Origin: Eledone cirrhosa
Taxonomy: Eukaryota
Length of the DNA: 64,000 bases
Direction of reading: 5' to 3'
NCBI GenBank assembly: GCA_964016885.1
Contig: OZ024750.1
Span: forward strand, 17,608,001 to 17,672,000
The notes below the pieces were generated by a model. It ran no database searches, was not told the origin of the DNA, and was given only the letters and a program-made list of their open reading frames with translations. Below, piece by piece: positions 26,159 through 40,243 of this stretch (positions are counted from its first letter, which is position 1; the number at the start of each line of letters is the position of its first letter). Position numbers and translations under genes: made by a program.

Positions 26159-27140
26159 CATACATACATATATACATACATACATACATACATACATAAT
26201 GCATATTTTTCTTGTTCTCATGTATCTTGGATGTTCCATAAATAGAACCACATTCTCCACATTAGTCTCACCAGCTTTATAAATTGATACCAAACCCCCC
26301 TGAAACCGCCCATGGTTTTATGATGCAAAACTGCATATTTTACAGAGTTTGTATATATCTAAAAGCCTACCATCATAATTCTATGTAGAAACCTTTAACC
26401 CTTTAGCATTTATCTGGCCAGAATTCTCTCATCTCTTTCCGTTTCAAACTGGCCATAACGAGCCCCTCATACTGATGTTAAGGTTTTGTTCTCAAAATAA
26501 ATGACATCAAAGTCTCATAGATTCAATATTATGTGAAATAATTATGTGAGGTAAAGCCTTTACTGTGAAAATAAAACAGTAAATATTGTGTAAAGGGTTA
26601 AATAGCAGCTAAGTAATGAAATAATTATATTATTAAATCCTTCCAAATTCTTAAATATTAAAAAAAAATTATAGGCAATGTCTTTCATTAGAAATATGGT
26701 AATGAAATGGTTAAAATCAAAATGAATTCTTTACCAAAAATTGCCTTTCTTGCCCTAGATTTTCTTCTGAAAGTAATACAAAAAATATTGGTTCTATATT
26801 TATATTTATGGAATTTATATAAGATACATATATTAAATAAAAAATTTTTCCTACAAAATTTCACCACCATCATCACTGCCACCACTACCATTACCATTTC
26901 ACCATCACCATTACACCATCACCATTAAACCATCACCTTCCCTGACAGATATATTGTGTATTTTATTAGATATTTTTGAAGCTGTTTCTTTTTTTAAAAC
27001 CAGTTTTGTTCTCAAAATGCCAAATATGACCATATGGATTCAGAAACTAACTAAAGATATCAGACAGTTTACAGGATGTGAGATGACTTGGAAAGTGCTG
27101 GTGATGGTGCGGGTTGGGGTGGGGGTCATTAATGAGTTAA

Positions 27141-27698
27141 CTCTTAACTTCCTGTACCATATAAAACCACATTAGTAAGACATTCTTGAAAAGTACAAAA
27201 CAACACTATGACTGTATCACATTAAATATTAGAATCTTTACTTTAAAACTGCAAACTTTTGCACCAATCCACCATCCACTTGTAAAAATACTTTAACCCT
27301 TTAGCATTTACATTACTCTATATCTGCTATTGTATTTTTGTGTTAAAGGCTTTATCTTACATAATTATGTCACATAATATCGAATCTACAAGATTTTGAT
27401 AATGTTATTATTTATTTTGAGAACCATACATAAACATCTGTATGAGCAACTGGTTATGGCTGGTTTGAACAGAAAGAGGTGAGAGAATTCTGGCCAGATA
27501 TGGCCAGTTTAAATGCTAAAAGGTTAAACATTTGAATTGACAAACCACATAAGCAAAACAGTACTACAACTGCAACACATTAAAATTTGAAGTCTTTATC
27601 TTAATACTGCAAATTTTCACAATGACTTGTTTATCAGTAAAGATACTCTATTTTCATTTTTAGATATTTTCTACTAAATCATTGCAGGGTGTTAAGAG
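27141..27698. mobile_element. TTAA MITE containing a nested piggyBac-like MITE (about 27293-27527)
   Basis: Outer TIR ctcttaacttcctg / cagggtgttaagag; inner ttaa-ccctttagcattta ... taaatgctaaaagg-ttaa. Confidence 0.7.
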
Positions 27699-28961
27699 TT
27701 AAGAAACCTGAGAACAATGGATATCAAACATGAAATCTTTTATGAGATAATGTAAAATATTAATTAGTTTCACTGCTTTTGTTTCAAATTGAGATAATTT
27801 CTTTAGTTGTATCTGTTCTTGATCAGACCTGTACATCTTAGACAGAAATAGGGAAGACAACAGACATTGTAAAAAGAATGAACTACAAATGTTCACAATT
27901 ATAGTTTTCTGGTTTATATAGTATGACCAAATAGTTTATAAGCACGATTTGCAATTCTAAAGTCCAGATTTGATCCTATTGGCTGGCAACTTTAGCAAGT
28001 GTCTTTACCATGGCCTCAGGTTAACCCAAAAATTGTGAGTGAAATTGGGTAGACAGAAAGTGTATGCAAGCCTATCAGATGGATTGAATCAGTATTTCAA
28101 AGGGCCAGTGTTTATATGTTCTATTTTAGGGGACAGACATCATATTGTGACTCTGTTCTACAATATTTTAGGGGGCGAACAACATGCAATGTCTCGGTGT
28201 TGTTCAATATTTTAGCGGGTAGATAACATATAATGACTATGTTCCATAATATTTTAGGGGAAAGATAACATACAGTCTCTCTATGTTGTTTAACCCCTAA
28301 TATTTTATGGGTATGATAATGCTGCTGATTTGCTCTAGATATTCACAAGACTATGAAACCTCCAAGGAGTAATACTATGAGATCCCCTTCCCTGTAGATT
28401 TCACTGCAGACATCATATGATACATAATGACAAACAACAAAATATTGTGTTTAAACTCAGAAATACATTATATCTGTTCCTGGCCTGACATTTATGTCAA
28501 CACCACACATCGCCACCACCAACACTACCACACATGTCACCACCAACACCACATGTCACCACCGACACTACATCCTCTATAAAAAAATATATTAACACCA
28601 CCAACAACATATTTACTGGTTTTAATATAAAGGTCACCTCCATATAAAGAACTTCCAAAACTTTTAGACAATGAAGATATCATTATTCCAGTTCTTCCAA
28701 TATCTTTATTGTTGTTGTTGTTCCTAGGAATTCCACACCAAACATGGAGCTATATTGCTGTCATCTTCATTAAATCCCTCCCACTTGTCTTACAGAATGT
28801 CAAATGATTCTATCATCATCATCATCATCATCATCGTTTAACGGCTATCTTCCATGCTAGCATGGGTTAGATGGGTTTGTCCCACTTGAGGCAAGTTTGG
28901 TGAATATGACAACCTGTTTAACACATGCAAGCAAGGTAAATAAATATAAAATGATAATGAT

Positions 28962-29003
<42 letters not shown>

Positions 29004-29596
29004 CATATACATATATATAAGAAAATCAATGACGTTTTGTTTACATGTATTTATGTTTTTATTATATATCGACCTGAATCATGCATTTTGCAGGGGATTG
29101 GTTCAAGGTCACCCATGTAAGTTATCGATCTGTTCAACAGACTGGTGATACATATATATATATAATGTGTGTGTGTATATATATATATAGTAATAATAAA
29201 TAGGAAGATCAAACTCCAAAGAGGACCTAATAAGGGTTGTATATATATATATAAAGTATATATAAATGTGTAGAGCAAATGTTTATTATCAATGCAAATT
29301 AAAAGTTCAAGCAATGAATTACTGCTTTCACCCTAAGCAAGATCATTGGAAACTGAGAAAAATCAATCTGTAGACGCAGAAGCAAATATTTCAAGAAAAA
29401 ATTAACATATGATGATCATCATCATCATCATTTAACATCAATTTTCCCCGCAATTTTCCAGTCTTGCTTGTCTCACAATGGGATAGCCAAGCTGTCCCAT
29501 TGTGAGACAAGCAAGACTGGAGGACCTTGTTTTGCTCACACAGAATTGATTATATATATATATATATATATATATAAACATACACACACACATATA

Positions 29597-29642
<46 letters not shown>

Positions 29643-29669
29643 ATACATATATTAATTTGCCCGTTTCAG

Positions 29670-29731
29670 GTGAACAATCTGACAGCTTCTCTAGAAAAAC
29701 CAAGGTTACGGATGTCAAAGGTCATTGAAAG
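29670..29731 (+). CDS. R7 RGS exon (GGL N-half): VNNLTASLEKPRLRMSKVIE(S)
   Basis: ccgtttcag acceptor and AG|gtaatt donor; 62 nt, phase 0 to 2, bridging the flanking exons exactly. Resembles the G-gamma-like R(L/V)KMSKVxE motif. Confidence 0.9.
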
Positions 29732-29959
29732 GTAATTTACTTATAATATCTACCTTTGTTGTTGCTTAACACACACACCCACACACAAAAGGAAGAGTAT
29801 CCAGCTGTAGAAATGAAGCCAGCCCCACCTTCCCTCTGCAGAACCTTTGTAAGCAATAATTACCCCTAGGCATGAAGTCCCTGGCTCTCAACTGGTATAG
29901 TAATAATAACTGGTATAGTAATCATAATAATAATAACAATAGTAATAATAGTAATAATA

Positions 29960-30530
29960 ATTGTTTCTACTATAGGCACAAGGCCAGCAATTTGGGGGCC
30001 AAGGGAAATTCGATTAAATCAACACCAGTGCATTACTGGTACTTTATGTTATCAACCTCGTAAGGATGAAAGGCAAATGATAATAATAATAATAATGTTT
30101 CTACTTTTGGCACAAGGCCGGCAATTACTCCAGTGCATTACTGGTACTTTATTTTATCGACCCCGTAAGGATGAAAGGCAAAGTTAACCTTGGCGGGATT
30201 TGAACTCAGAATGGCAAGGGCCGTAACTCTATGCGTCAAAGCATGTCGTCCGACCCTCTACCGATATTGCCAATCCACTAATAATGATAATAATGATTTC
30301 TACTTTAGGCACAAGGCCAGCAATTACCCAGTGCATTACTGGTATTTTATTTTATCGACCCCGTAAGGATGAAAGGCAAAGTCAACCTCGGCGGGATTTG
30401 AACTCAGATCGTAAAGGGACATAACTATGCTGGAAAGCATGGCGTCCGACCCTCTACCGACACTGCCAATCCACCGCCCTGATAATCCACCAATAATGAT
30501 AATAATAATGTTGATTTCTACTTTAGGCAC
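29960..30530 (-). mobile_element. Stack of SINE-A copies separated by (AAT)n
   Basis: Two full copies plus fragments. Confidence 0.88.
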
Positions 30531-31119
30531 AAGACCTTGTTTGGCTCACACAGAATTGATTTTGGCTTAGTTTCTATGGCTGGATGCTCTTCCTAACACC
30601 AACCACTTTACAGTGTGGACTGGGTGCTTTTTGTCGTGTGTGTTTTGTGTGCTTATATATATGTTAGAGAGAGAGATGGTCTTTCGGTTTACTTCTGTTA
30701 CTCTGAAACAAAATAAAAACCAGTCGTAAACAAATCGAAATTCTTTTGTTTGAGTCTTGGCAGGTCTTGGCATTTGTCTTCATGTCAGTGTATGGTGTAC
30801 CTGTATTTACCTGTGTTTACATGTGTGGGTGTACCTGTGTTTACATGTGTAGGTGTACCTGTGTTTAGATGTGTGGGTGTGCATCTGCGTTGTGTGTATA
30901 TGGTGTGCATGTGTGTTGTGTGTGTGTGTATATGTGTAGGATTACGTGTGGCTTTACATCTGTGTGAGTGTGTGCAAGTGTATATGAAGTGTGTGTGTGT
31001 ACATGTGTGTCCATGTGTTTGTTTATTTCTAAGTGAGTACAATTAATTAGTGAGTACATTAATTAGACATATAACAAGGGACATAACAATTACAAATCTT
31101 TAAAAACTAAATATATTGA

Positions 31120-31930
31120 AATCATCATCATCATCGTCATCATCATTTCCATCACCACCATCACTACCATCATTATCATCATCCTCATCATCACTACCAC
31201 CACCACCACCACTGCCATCATCATTACCACCACCACCACTACCACCACCACCCTCACCATCACTGCCACCACCACCCTCACCATCACTGCCATCATCATT
31301 ACCACCACCCTCACCACCACCACCACCACCACCCTCACCACCATTACCACCACCACCACCACCACCACCAACACCACCCTCACCACCATCACTGCCACCC
31401 CCATTACCACCACCCAAACCACCACCTTCATCACCACCACCGACACCACCCTCACCACCATCACTGCCACCACATTACCACCACCAAAACCACCACCCTC
31501 ACTACCATCACCACCAACACCACCCTCACCACCATCACCAACCTCACCACCACCACCACCACCAACCTCACCACCACCACCACCACCAACCTCACCACCA
31601 CCACCACCAACCTCACCACCACCACCACCACCACCCTCACCACCACCAACACCACCCTCGCCACCATCACTGCCACCACCATTACCACCACCAAAAACCA
31701 CCACCATCACCACCATCACCACCAACACCACCCTCGCCACCACCACCACCAACCTCACCACCACCAACGCCACCCTCACCACCACCACTACCACCACCAC
31801 CCTCGCCACCATCACCACCAACCTCACCACCAACACCATCATCACCACCACCACCATGACTACCACACACCATCTCACCACCATTTACTGCTAGCAACTC
31901 ATTATCTCTCCTTCATTAAGGCCAACCTCT

Positions 31931-31980
<50 letters not shown>

Positions 31981-32115
31981 ATTCATTTTAAAAATCATTC
32001 ATTAATCACTGCTGTATTGTCAGTTTTGTCAATGACCACTTGTAGAAATTAAACATCTCGTTAAGTAGATTCCACAAATTAAAAATACAGGAAATAGACT
32101 TTCAAAGGGCAAATC

Positions 32116-32147
<32 letters not shown>

Positions 32148-32474
32148 CATCATCATTAACATCATCATCATTAACATCATCATCAACATTATTATCATAA
32201 TCATTATAACACCATCATCATCATCATCAAGATCGACATTATAAGCATCATTATCTACATGATGATGATGATCATGATCATCATCATCATCATCATCATA
32301 ATCGACACCATAAATAAACATCGTAAACATAATAATCATAAACTACATTATCACTACTACCACAGCTACTACTACTACTACTACTACTACTACTGCTGTT
32401 GCTACTACTACTATTACTACTACTACTATTACCACCACCACTACTACTAGTACTACTACAAATACCAATACTAT

Positions 32475-32509
<35 letters not shown>

Positions 32510-32684
32510 TTACTACTACTACTACTATTACCACCACCACTACTACTAGTACTACTACAAATACCAATACTATTACTATTACTACTACTACTACTACTAC
32601 TACTGCTGTTGCTACTACTACTATTACTACTACTACTATTACCACCACCACTACTACTAGTACTACTACAAATACCAATACTAT

Positions 32685-32715
<31 letters not shown>

Positions 32716-32795
32716 GCTGTTGCTATTACTACTATTACTACTACTACTATTACCACCACCACTACTACTAGTACTACTACAAATACCAATACTAT

Positions 32796-32826
<31 letters not shown>

Positions 32827-32900
32827 GCTGTTGCTACTACTACTATTACTACTACTACTATTACCACCACCACTACTACTAGTACTACTACAAATACCAA

Positions 32901-32946
<46 letters not shown>

Positions 32947-33170
32947 GCTGTTGCTACTACTACTATTACTACTACTATTATTACCACCACCACTACTACT
33001 AGTACTACTACAAATACCAATACTATTACTACTACTACTACTACTACTACTACTGCTGTTGCTACTACTACTATTACTACTACTACTGCTGTTGCTACTA
33101 CTACTATTACTACTACTACTATTACCACCACCACTACTACTAGTACTACTACTACTACTACTACCAATAC
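31120..33170. repeat. Degenerate (ACC)n, (ATC)n and compound (ACT)n arrays
   Basis: Visible directly; the ACT array has a higher-order unit of about 110 bp. Confidence 0.95.
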
Positions 33171-33509
33171 TACAAATAACCCACTTTTTATTTCCTTCTC
33201 ATTGTATCTTATTATTTTCCTGAGTTCAAATCCCGCCGAGGTTGACTTTGCCTTTCATCCTTACGGGGTCGATAAAATAAAGTACCAGTAATGCACTGGA
33301 ATAATTGCTGGCCTTGTGCCAAAAGCAGAAACAATTATTTTCCTTTGATTTTTACCTTTCTATTGTACTCAATATCTTCAGCCCTTGTGGCCAATAAAGA
33401 AAATTATCATTTAATTATGTATATATATATATACATACATACATATACATACATACATACATACATATATATACATACATATACATACATACATACATAT
33501 TCATACATA

Positions 33510-33862
33510 CATCATCATCATCATCATCATCATTTCATTTTACGTCCGCTTTTTCCCTGCTTGCAAGGGTGGGACGGGAACTGATTCTGGCTTGATTTCT
33601 ACAGCTGGATGCCCTTCCTAACACCAACCTCATTTACAGTGAGTGCTGGGTGCTTTTTTGCCGTGGCACCTCCACGACCACTTTACAGTGGATTGATAGG
33701 GACCCCAGTCCCTATCATCTCATTTCTACAGCTGAGTAAACTGGAGCAAAGTGAAATAAAGTGCCTTGCTCAAGGAAACAACACATCACCCGGTCTGAGA
33801 ATTGAACTCACAACCTTTCGATTGCAAGGCCAATGCTCTAACCACTAAGCCATGTGCCTCCA
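33510..33862 (-). mobile_element. SINE-B copy
   Basis: Reverse complement of 62880-63216. Confidence 0.9.
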
Positions 33863-34212
33863 TACATATACATACATATACATACATACATATACAGACA
33901 TACATATACATACATACATATACATACATATACATACATATTCATACATACATATACATACATATACATCATACATATACATACATAGACATACATATAC
34001 ATACATATACATACATATACATACATACATATACATACATACATATTCATACATACATATACATACATACATACATACATATACATACATACATACTTAT
34101 ACATACATATACATACATATACATACATACATGCATACATATACATACATATACATACATACGTATTCATACATACATACATACATACATACTTATACAT
34201 ACATACATACAT

Positions 34213-34770
34213 AGTGGCTGCCAACTCGTTTTCGAGTACGGCCACTACTTTATATCCATATAGGAGAACCCCTACCGATGCACTGAACGAGTGTGACTTT
34301 TTAGTCCAGCCAGCAACTTGAAAGCTCTGGTACAAACACTACACTTGTGACAATTATTGACACATAGTGCTGGGCCCATGGTACCATGTGACGACAAGTG
34401 CAGAGAGATCTCCAGATATAAAGCAATGCCTGTGCTGTGAAGCTTTTATAGTGAGCAAAGGCACTGCACAAAGCCAGTCCCACTCTCTTAACCAAGATGA
34501 TATTTACCAAAAAGAAGAACAAGTCAACATCATTGGATACCATCAGGGTTGCAGGTGTTATATCAGAGTTTTCCTTCTCCTAGAATTCTGCCTTGACAAA
34601 GGCTAAGGGGTCATCTCTCCCGGTGATTTTGGATGGCCATTGACTCTTAAGAGCTCCTTTGCCCTTTGACAGGTTTTGTTTTTAGTCCTGCAGGATGTCC
34701 AAAGTCACCCTCCTCACCAAGAAACCTTGGTGGGGTTGCCAGTTTAGTCACCAACGACCCGACCATGAGA
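34213..34770 (-). mobile_element. Non-autonomous RTE-headed retroposon copy
   Basis: Near-identical to 63451-64000. Confidence 0.7.
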
Positions 34771-34827
34771 CATATATATATACATACACATACATATACA
34801 TACATAAATATATATACATATATATGA

Positions 34828-35170
34828 AGGCACATGGCTTAGTGGTTAGAGCATTGTCCTTGCAATCGAAAGGTTGTGAGTTCAATTCTCAGACCGGGTG
34901 ATATGTTGTTTCCTTGAGCAAGACACTTTATTTCACATTACTCCAGTTTACTCAGCTGTAGAAATGAGATGATAGGGACTGGGGTCCATATCATTCCACT
35001 GCAAAGTGGTCGTGGAGGTGCCACGGCAAAAAAGCACCCCAAAAAGCACTCACTGTAAATGAGGTTGGTGTTAGGAAGGGCATCCAGCTGTAGAAATCAA
35101 GCCAGAATCAGTTCCCGTCCCACCCTTGCAAGCAGGGAAAAAGCGGACATAAAAATGAAATGATGAAATG
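34828..35170 (+). mobile_element. SINE-B copy
   Basis: tRNA-like head tggcttagtgg / gagttcaatt and (ATG)-rich tail. Confidence 0.9.
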
Positions 35171-35221
35171 ATATATACACACACATATCATCATCATCAC
35201 CGTTTTACGTCCGTTCTTCCA

Positions 35222-35398
35222 CAGTAGAAGGAAACCACAGTAGAGAAAGACTAAGGAAGACTTGGGCAGAGTTGATGATGAGGGCTGATCTTAAATCACT
35301 GAAGCTCACACAGGAGATGATGAAGGAATGCAACGCAAGACCTGTCCAACATATGCAAGCATGGAAAAGCGGATGTGAAATGATAATGATGATGATGG
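35222..35398 (+). mobile_element. RTE LINE 3' end sharing the SINE-B tail
   Basis: VEGNHSRERLRKTWAELMMRADLKSLKLTQEM followed by gcaagcatggaaaagcggatgtgaaatgataatgatgatg. Confidence 0.7.
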
Positions 35399-36059
35399 AA
35401 GATATTTACTGTTATGCTATCACATTTAATGTGTATCTGTTGTCAATGGTGTTATTAACTGGTAGGATGTCGAAATGTTACTTAAGTACTTCTTCTGAAT
35501 TAACTAGAGTAGCATGGTCATTAAAACATCACAATAGTAGAAGTAGTAGTAGTAGTAGTGGTGGTGGTGGTAGTGGTAGTGGTAGTGGTAGTAGTAGTGG
35601 TAGTAGTATTAATAGTAGTAGTGGTAGTGGTAGTAGTAGTAGTAAAGATATATTCTGGATAATGAAATTCAACAAGAGGCAGAAGGAAGAAAAGGAATTC
35701 AGTTGAGTTTTTTCTGTATTTTGTGGCATTTTTATATATATTGTAGTAAACCCCAACTCCTTTCTTAAACAGTTAGATATATACATATATATATATATAT
35801 GTACATATATATATATATATATATACAAACAAACATTGATACATATAAACATACTTACATACAAACATATATACGTGTGTACATACTTGTGTATACGTGT
35901 GTGTATATATACATGCATACATTCATACATACATACATGCACATAGTTATATTGAAAACAAACTAATATATAAAGAGCTGAATTTCATTTTCAAATGGAG
36001 GATACATCTTCAGACATAGAAAGGTATGGATAATACTGCCTCAGTGTGTGTGTGTTTTA

Positions 36060-37720
36060 TGTTTTAACTTGTGTTTTTCTGTCTTTTCGTGTCTTAACTA
36101 TATCTTAACTCTCTGTGTGTCTTAACTTTGTTGTATTAACTGTGTCGTAACTTTTCTGTGTGTCTTAACTTTGGTACCTTAACTATGTTTTAACTTCTCT
36201 GTGTGTCTTAACTATGTATTGTCTGTGTCTTAACTTTGGTACCTTAACTATGTTTTAACTTCTCTGTGTGTCTTAACTATGTATTGTCTGTGTCTTAACT
36301 TTGGTACCTTAACTATGTTTTAACTTCTCTGTGTCTTAACTATGTATTGTCTGTGTCTTAACTTTGGTACCTTAACTATGTTTTAACTTCTCTGTGTGTC
36401 TTAACTATGTATTGTCTGTGTCTTAACTTTGGTACCTTAACTATGTTTTAACTTCTCTGTGTGTCTTAACTATGTATTGTCTGTGTCTTAACTTTGGTAT
36501 CTTAACTATGTTTTAACTTCTCTGTGTGTCTTAACTATGTATTGTCTGTGTCTTAATTTTGGTACCTTAACTATGTTTTAACTTCTCTGTGTGTCTTAAC
36601 TATGTATTGTCTGTGTCTTAACTTTGGTACCTTAACTATGTTTTAACTTCTCTGTGTCTTAACTAGGTATTGTCTGTGTCTTAACTTTGGTACCTTAACT
36701 ATGTTTTAACTTCTCTGTGTGTCTTAACTATGTATTGTCTGTGTCTTAACTTTGGTACCTTAACTATGTTTTAACTTCTCTGTGTGTCTTAACTATGTAT
36801 TGTCTGTGTCTTAACTTTGGTACCTTAACTATGTTTTAACTTCTCTGTGTGTCTTAACTATGTATTGTCTGTGTCTTAACTTTGGTACCTTAACTATGTT
36901 TTAACTTCTCTGTGTGTCTTAACTATGTATTGTCTGTGTCTTAACTTTGGTATCTTAACTATGTTTTAACTTCTCTGTGTGTCTTAACTATGTATTGTCT
37001 GTGTCTTAACTTTGGTACCTTAACTATGTTTTAACTTCTCTGTGTGTCTTAACTATGTATTGTCTGTGTCTTAACTTTGGTACCTTAACTATGTTTTAAC
37101 TTCTCTGTGTGTCTTAACTATGTATTGTCTGTGTCTTAACTTTGGTACCTTAACTATGTTTTAACTTCTCTGTGTGTCTTAACTATGTATTGTCTGTGTC
37201 TTAACTTTGGTACCTTAACTATGTTTTAACTTCTCTGTGTGTCTTAACTATGTATTGTCTGTGTCTTAACTTTGGTACCTTAACTATGTTTTAACTTCTC
37301 TGTGTGTCTTAACTATGTATTGTCTGTGTCTTAACTTTGGTACCTTAACTATGTTTAACTTCTCTGTGTGTCTTAACTATGTATTGTCTGTGTCTTAACT
37401 TTGGTATCTTAACTATGTTTTAACTTCTCTGTGTGTCTTAACTATGTATTGTCTGTGTCTTAACTTTGGTACCTTAACTATGTTTAACTTCTCTGTGTGT
37501 CTTAACTATGTATTGTCTGTGTCTTAACTTTGGTATCTTAACTATGTTTTAACTTCTCTGTGTGTCTTAACTATGTATTGCTTGTGACTTAACTATGTAT
37601 TTCTTGTGTCTTAACTATGTATTGCTTATGTCTTAACTTTGGTATCTTAACTATGTTTTAACTTCTCTGTGTGTCCTAACTTTGTGTCTTCACTATATTT
37701 TAAGTATGTCTTAACTTTGG
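36060..37720. repeat. 65-bp minisatellite built from TTAAC-initiated subunits
   Basis: Unit actttggtaccttaactatgttttaacttctctgtgtgtcttaactatgtattgtctgtgtctta. Confidence 0.97.
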
Positions 37721-38287
37721 TCTTTCAAATGTAAAAACCAATGTTAGGTGTTTGGTGATAGGAAGGACATCAGACTGCAGAAACTGTGCCAAAATGAAAT
37801 ATATGTAACTGAGAAATGGTCCCCTGCCCTGTCTACGAGGACAGGGGCTCTGCTAAAGTATTGACTTGGTCAGTAATGACCAGTCCAACCCATGCCAGAA
37901 TGGAACACCATGTAAAATGATGACGAGGATATATATATACATTTTTACTAAAAGTGTTTCACCTTTGATCTTCAAAGGTATAGGAAGCAAAATATCTAAA
38001 ATTTAGTTTGAAATAGTAATTATATATGTGTTTGTGTGTGTGTATACACCTCCACTATGTATTCCACACACATACACTCACACATATGCCCGAATATGTG
38101 TGTGTGAGTATGTATTCGTGTATATATTTACACACCTGTGTTGGTATATGAAGTTAGTTGTAGATAAACTGCTACATTACCTAAACACACAAAACATGCA
38201 TACAAACAATTATGTACACATACACATCATCCATCATCCATATACATATACACATATATACATCACTCATATACATACATATAACAC

Positions 38288-39452
38288 TAGTGTGTTTCAT
38301 ATTTATAGGGAAATTTTTCTTTAGTTGAAATCACCTCATGCCGATTGCGCTCTGGATCCATTTTACATAAAAACCACATAGACAAAAATACAAGATTCTT
38401 ATATTACTCGAATATAAGAACTCAAAATAAAATTGATTGATTGATTTTGCTTTACATCTTTCACAGTGAATAAGAAAATTGAAACCAGAAAGCCCATTTG
38501 GCTGCTTGAGAAAAAGCTCGATGAGGAGTTACCTCAAACTTAACTCCCTTCCAAACAACAAATGCTCCTGTGTTTTCTCTACCATCATGTCGAACTCAGG
38601 GAGACAATTTCAGTTGCCAGAAAATATACTAGCCAGGGAGTGTGGGGGAAAGCAAATATACCTGCCAGAATGGAAAAAAAACATCCACACTTCAATTGAG
38701 AAATTGATTAAGAACTGACAAAGCAATTGCAAAGGGTGAAATTTGGGGAAAGATGATCGCGAGGAAATTTTTGACATTGCAAGCCAGAACGTTCTCAAAT
38801 GAAAGGATGTTACATCTGAAGACAAAACTTTCCTTGAGACACAGCGAAAAGATCGGATGTCTTCATTCCTGGCTGGTGTTGGTGCAGAAAATGTGAAAGA
38901 GCCATTCAGAAGAAGGACAAAAATATTCAAGATATGAAAATAAGAAAAAGAAAGCAAACAGGATGAAGTCAAAATGTCCAAGAAAGTAGCTCTCAAAAGT
39001 TTATCATCCAGCTCAGCTATTAGTGATGATGATGATGATGAAATCTTCAGGTCATCACCATCCCGGAAGTCATTACAAATGAAGCTGACTCTCGATGTCA
39101 CTCTTGTTGCCAGGTGGAAACAGGAGAAACTATTGGTATAACAAGCAAGTACTTCTTACATCCCAATTGTGGAGAGTCTTAGTCATGATGTGTCTGAACG
39201 TTTGATTTCTCCCTCAACTGTTTATCGAACAAGATGATGACTCAGGGAATCGAGTTATCTGCTTTCCCACCCTAAAACTGATCCCGGCTAGTCATCCCCT
39301 AGGATGGAGAATCATTACTATCGGATTCCCGATCCAGCACACTCGAAGATCAGATTGCAGTTTTAGTTACAGGAAAAGGAAAGGTGGAGCCCTTATGTGT
39401 TCCTATTGCAAGAGATGGGACAGGACAAGTTGCTGAAGCGTATATAATTGAG
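38288..39452 (+). mobile_element. Decayed hAT-type (hATm-like) DNA transposon, 3'-truncated
   Basis: Broken frames LPSKQQMLLCFLYHH, VWGKANIP, EEIFDIA, EDKTFLETQRKDR and DG...DQIAVLVTG...VP...GTG match the recalled pattern LPSxxQVL..FWxKAxIP..LFDIAH..EDKxFLxxQR..HWDGK..DRxxVxV..GTG. Possible left end tagtgtg. Subgroup assignment is tentative. Confidence 0.6.
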
Positions 39453-39923
39453 TACATAATTGTCTGTATTCATGTTTTGTGTGTTGAGATAATGTAGCAA
39501 TTTATCTACAACTGACTTCATATACCAACATATGTGTGTTAATATATACACACTCACACACACACACACACATTCAAGCATACTGTAAAGTGGTCATGTA
39601 GGTGACATGACAAAAAAGTGCCCAGCCCACACTGTTATATGTTCCTGGTCGTGTCATGACAAATAGCATCCAGCCCACACTGTAAAGTAGTTGTGTAGGT
39701 GTCACTATAAAAAGCACCCTGTAAATGTGGTTAGTGTTAGGAAGGGCATCCAGCTATAGAAACCGAGCCAAAATTAGTTCTGTATGAGCAAGACATGGTC
39801 ACCTAACCTGGCCTATCTCACAACAGGACAACTCATCTAACCCATGCTAGCATGATAAAATGGATATTAAACGGTGTTGGGGATGATATATATATATATA
39901 TATTTATATATAAATATATATAT

Positions 39924-40039
39924 ATAGGAACAAGTAAGACCCCGGGGTCTTACTTGTTCCTATTACCCACTCTACTACCCTAAGTATTGAGTACTTTGGT
40001 GCGTTATGGTCCACCTGGTTCCTTACCACATTTCCTTCG

Positions 40040-40040
<1 letters not shown>
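39924..40040 (+). mobile_element. Penelope-like family 2 fragment starting with a perfect 40-bp palindrome
   Basis: ataggaacaagtaagacccc|ggggtcttacttgttcctat; (TA)n on both sides. Confidence 0.65.
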
Positions 40041-40074
<34 letters not shown>

Positions 40075-40201
40075 CAAATGAAGTAACAGAGTAAAGGACT
40101 CGTGTTGTTCCCTGTAATACATTGAGCTCAAGGAAAATTTTTCCGGCTCTTCAAAATATATAGGAGAGAATACATGAAAAGAACATGGTTTTTCATTACA
40201 G

Positions 40202-40243
<42 letters not shown>

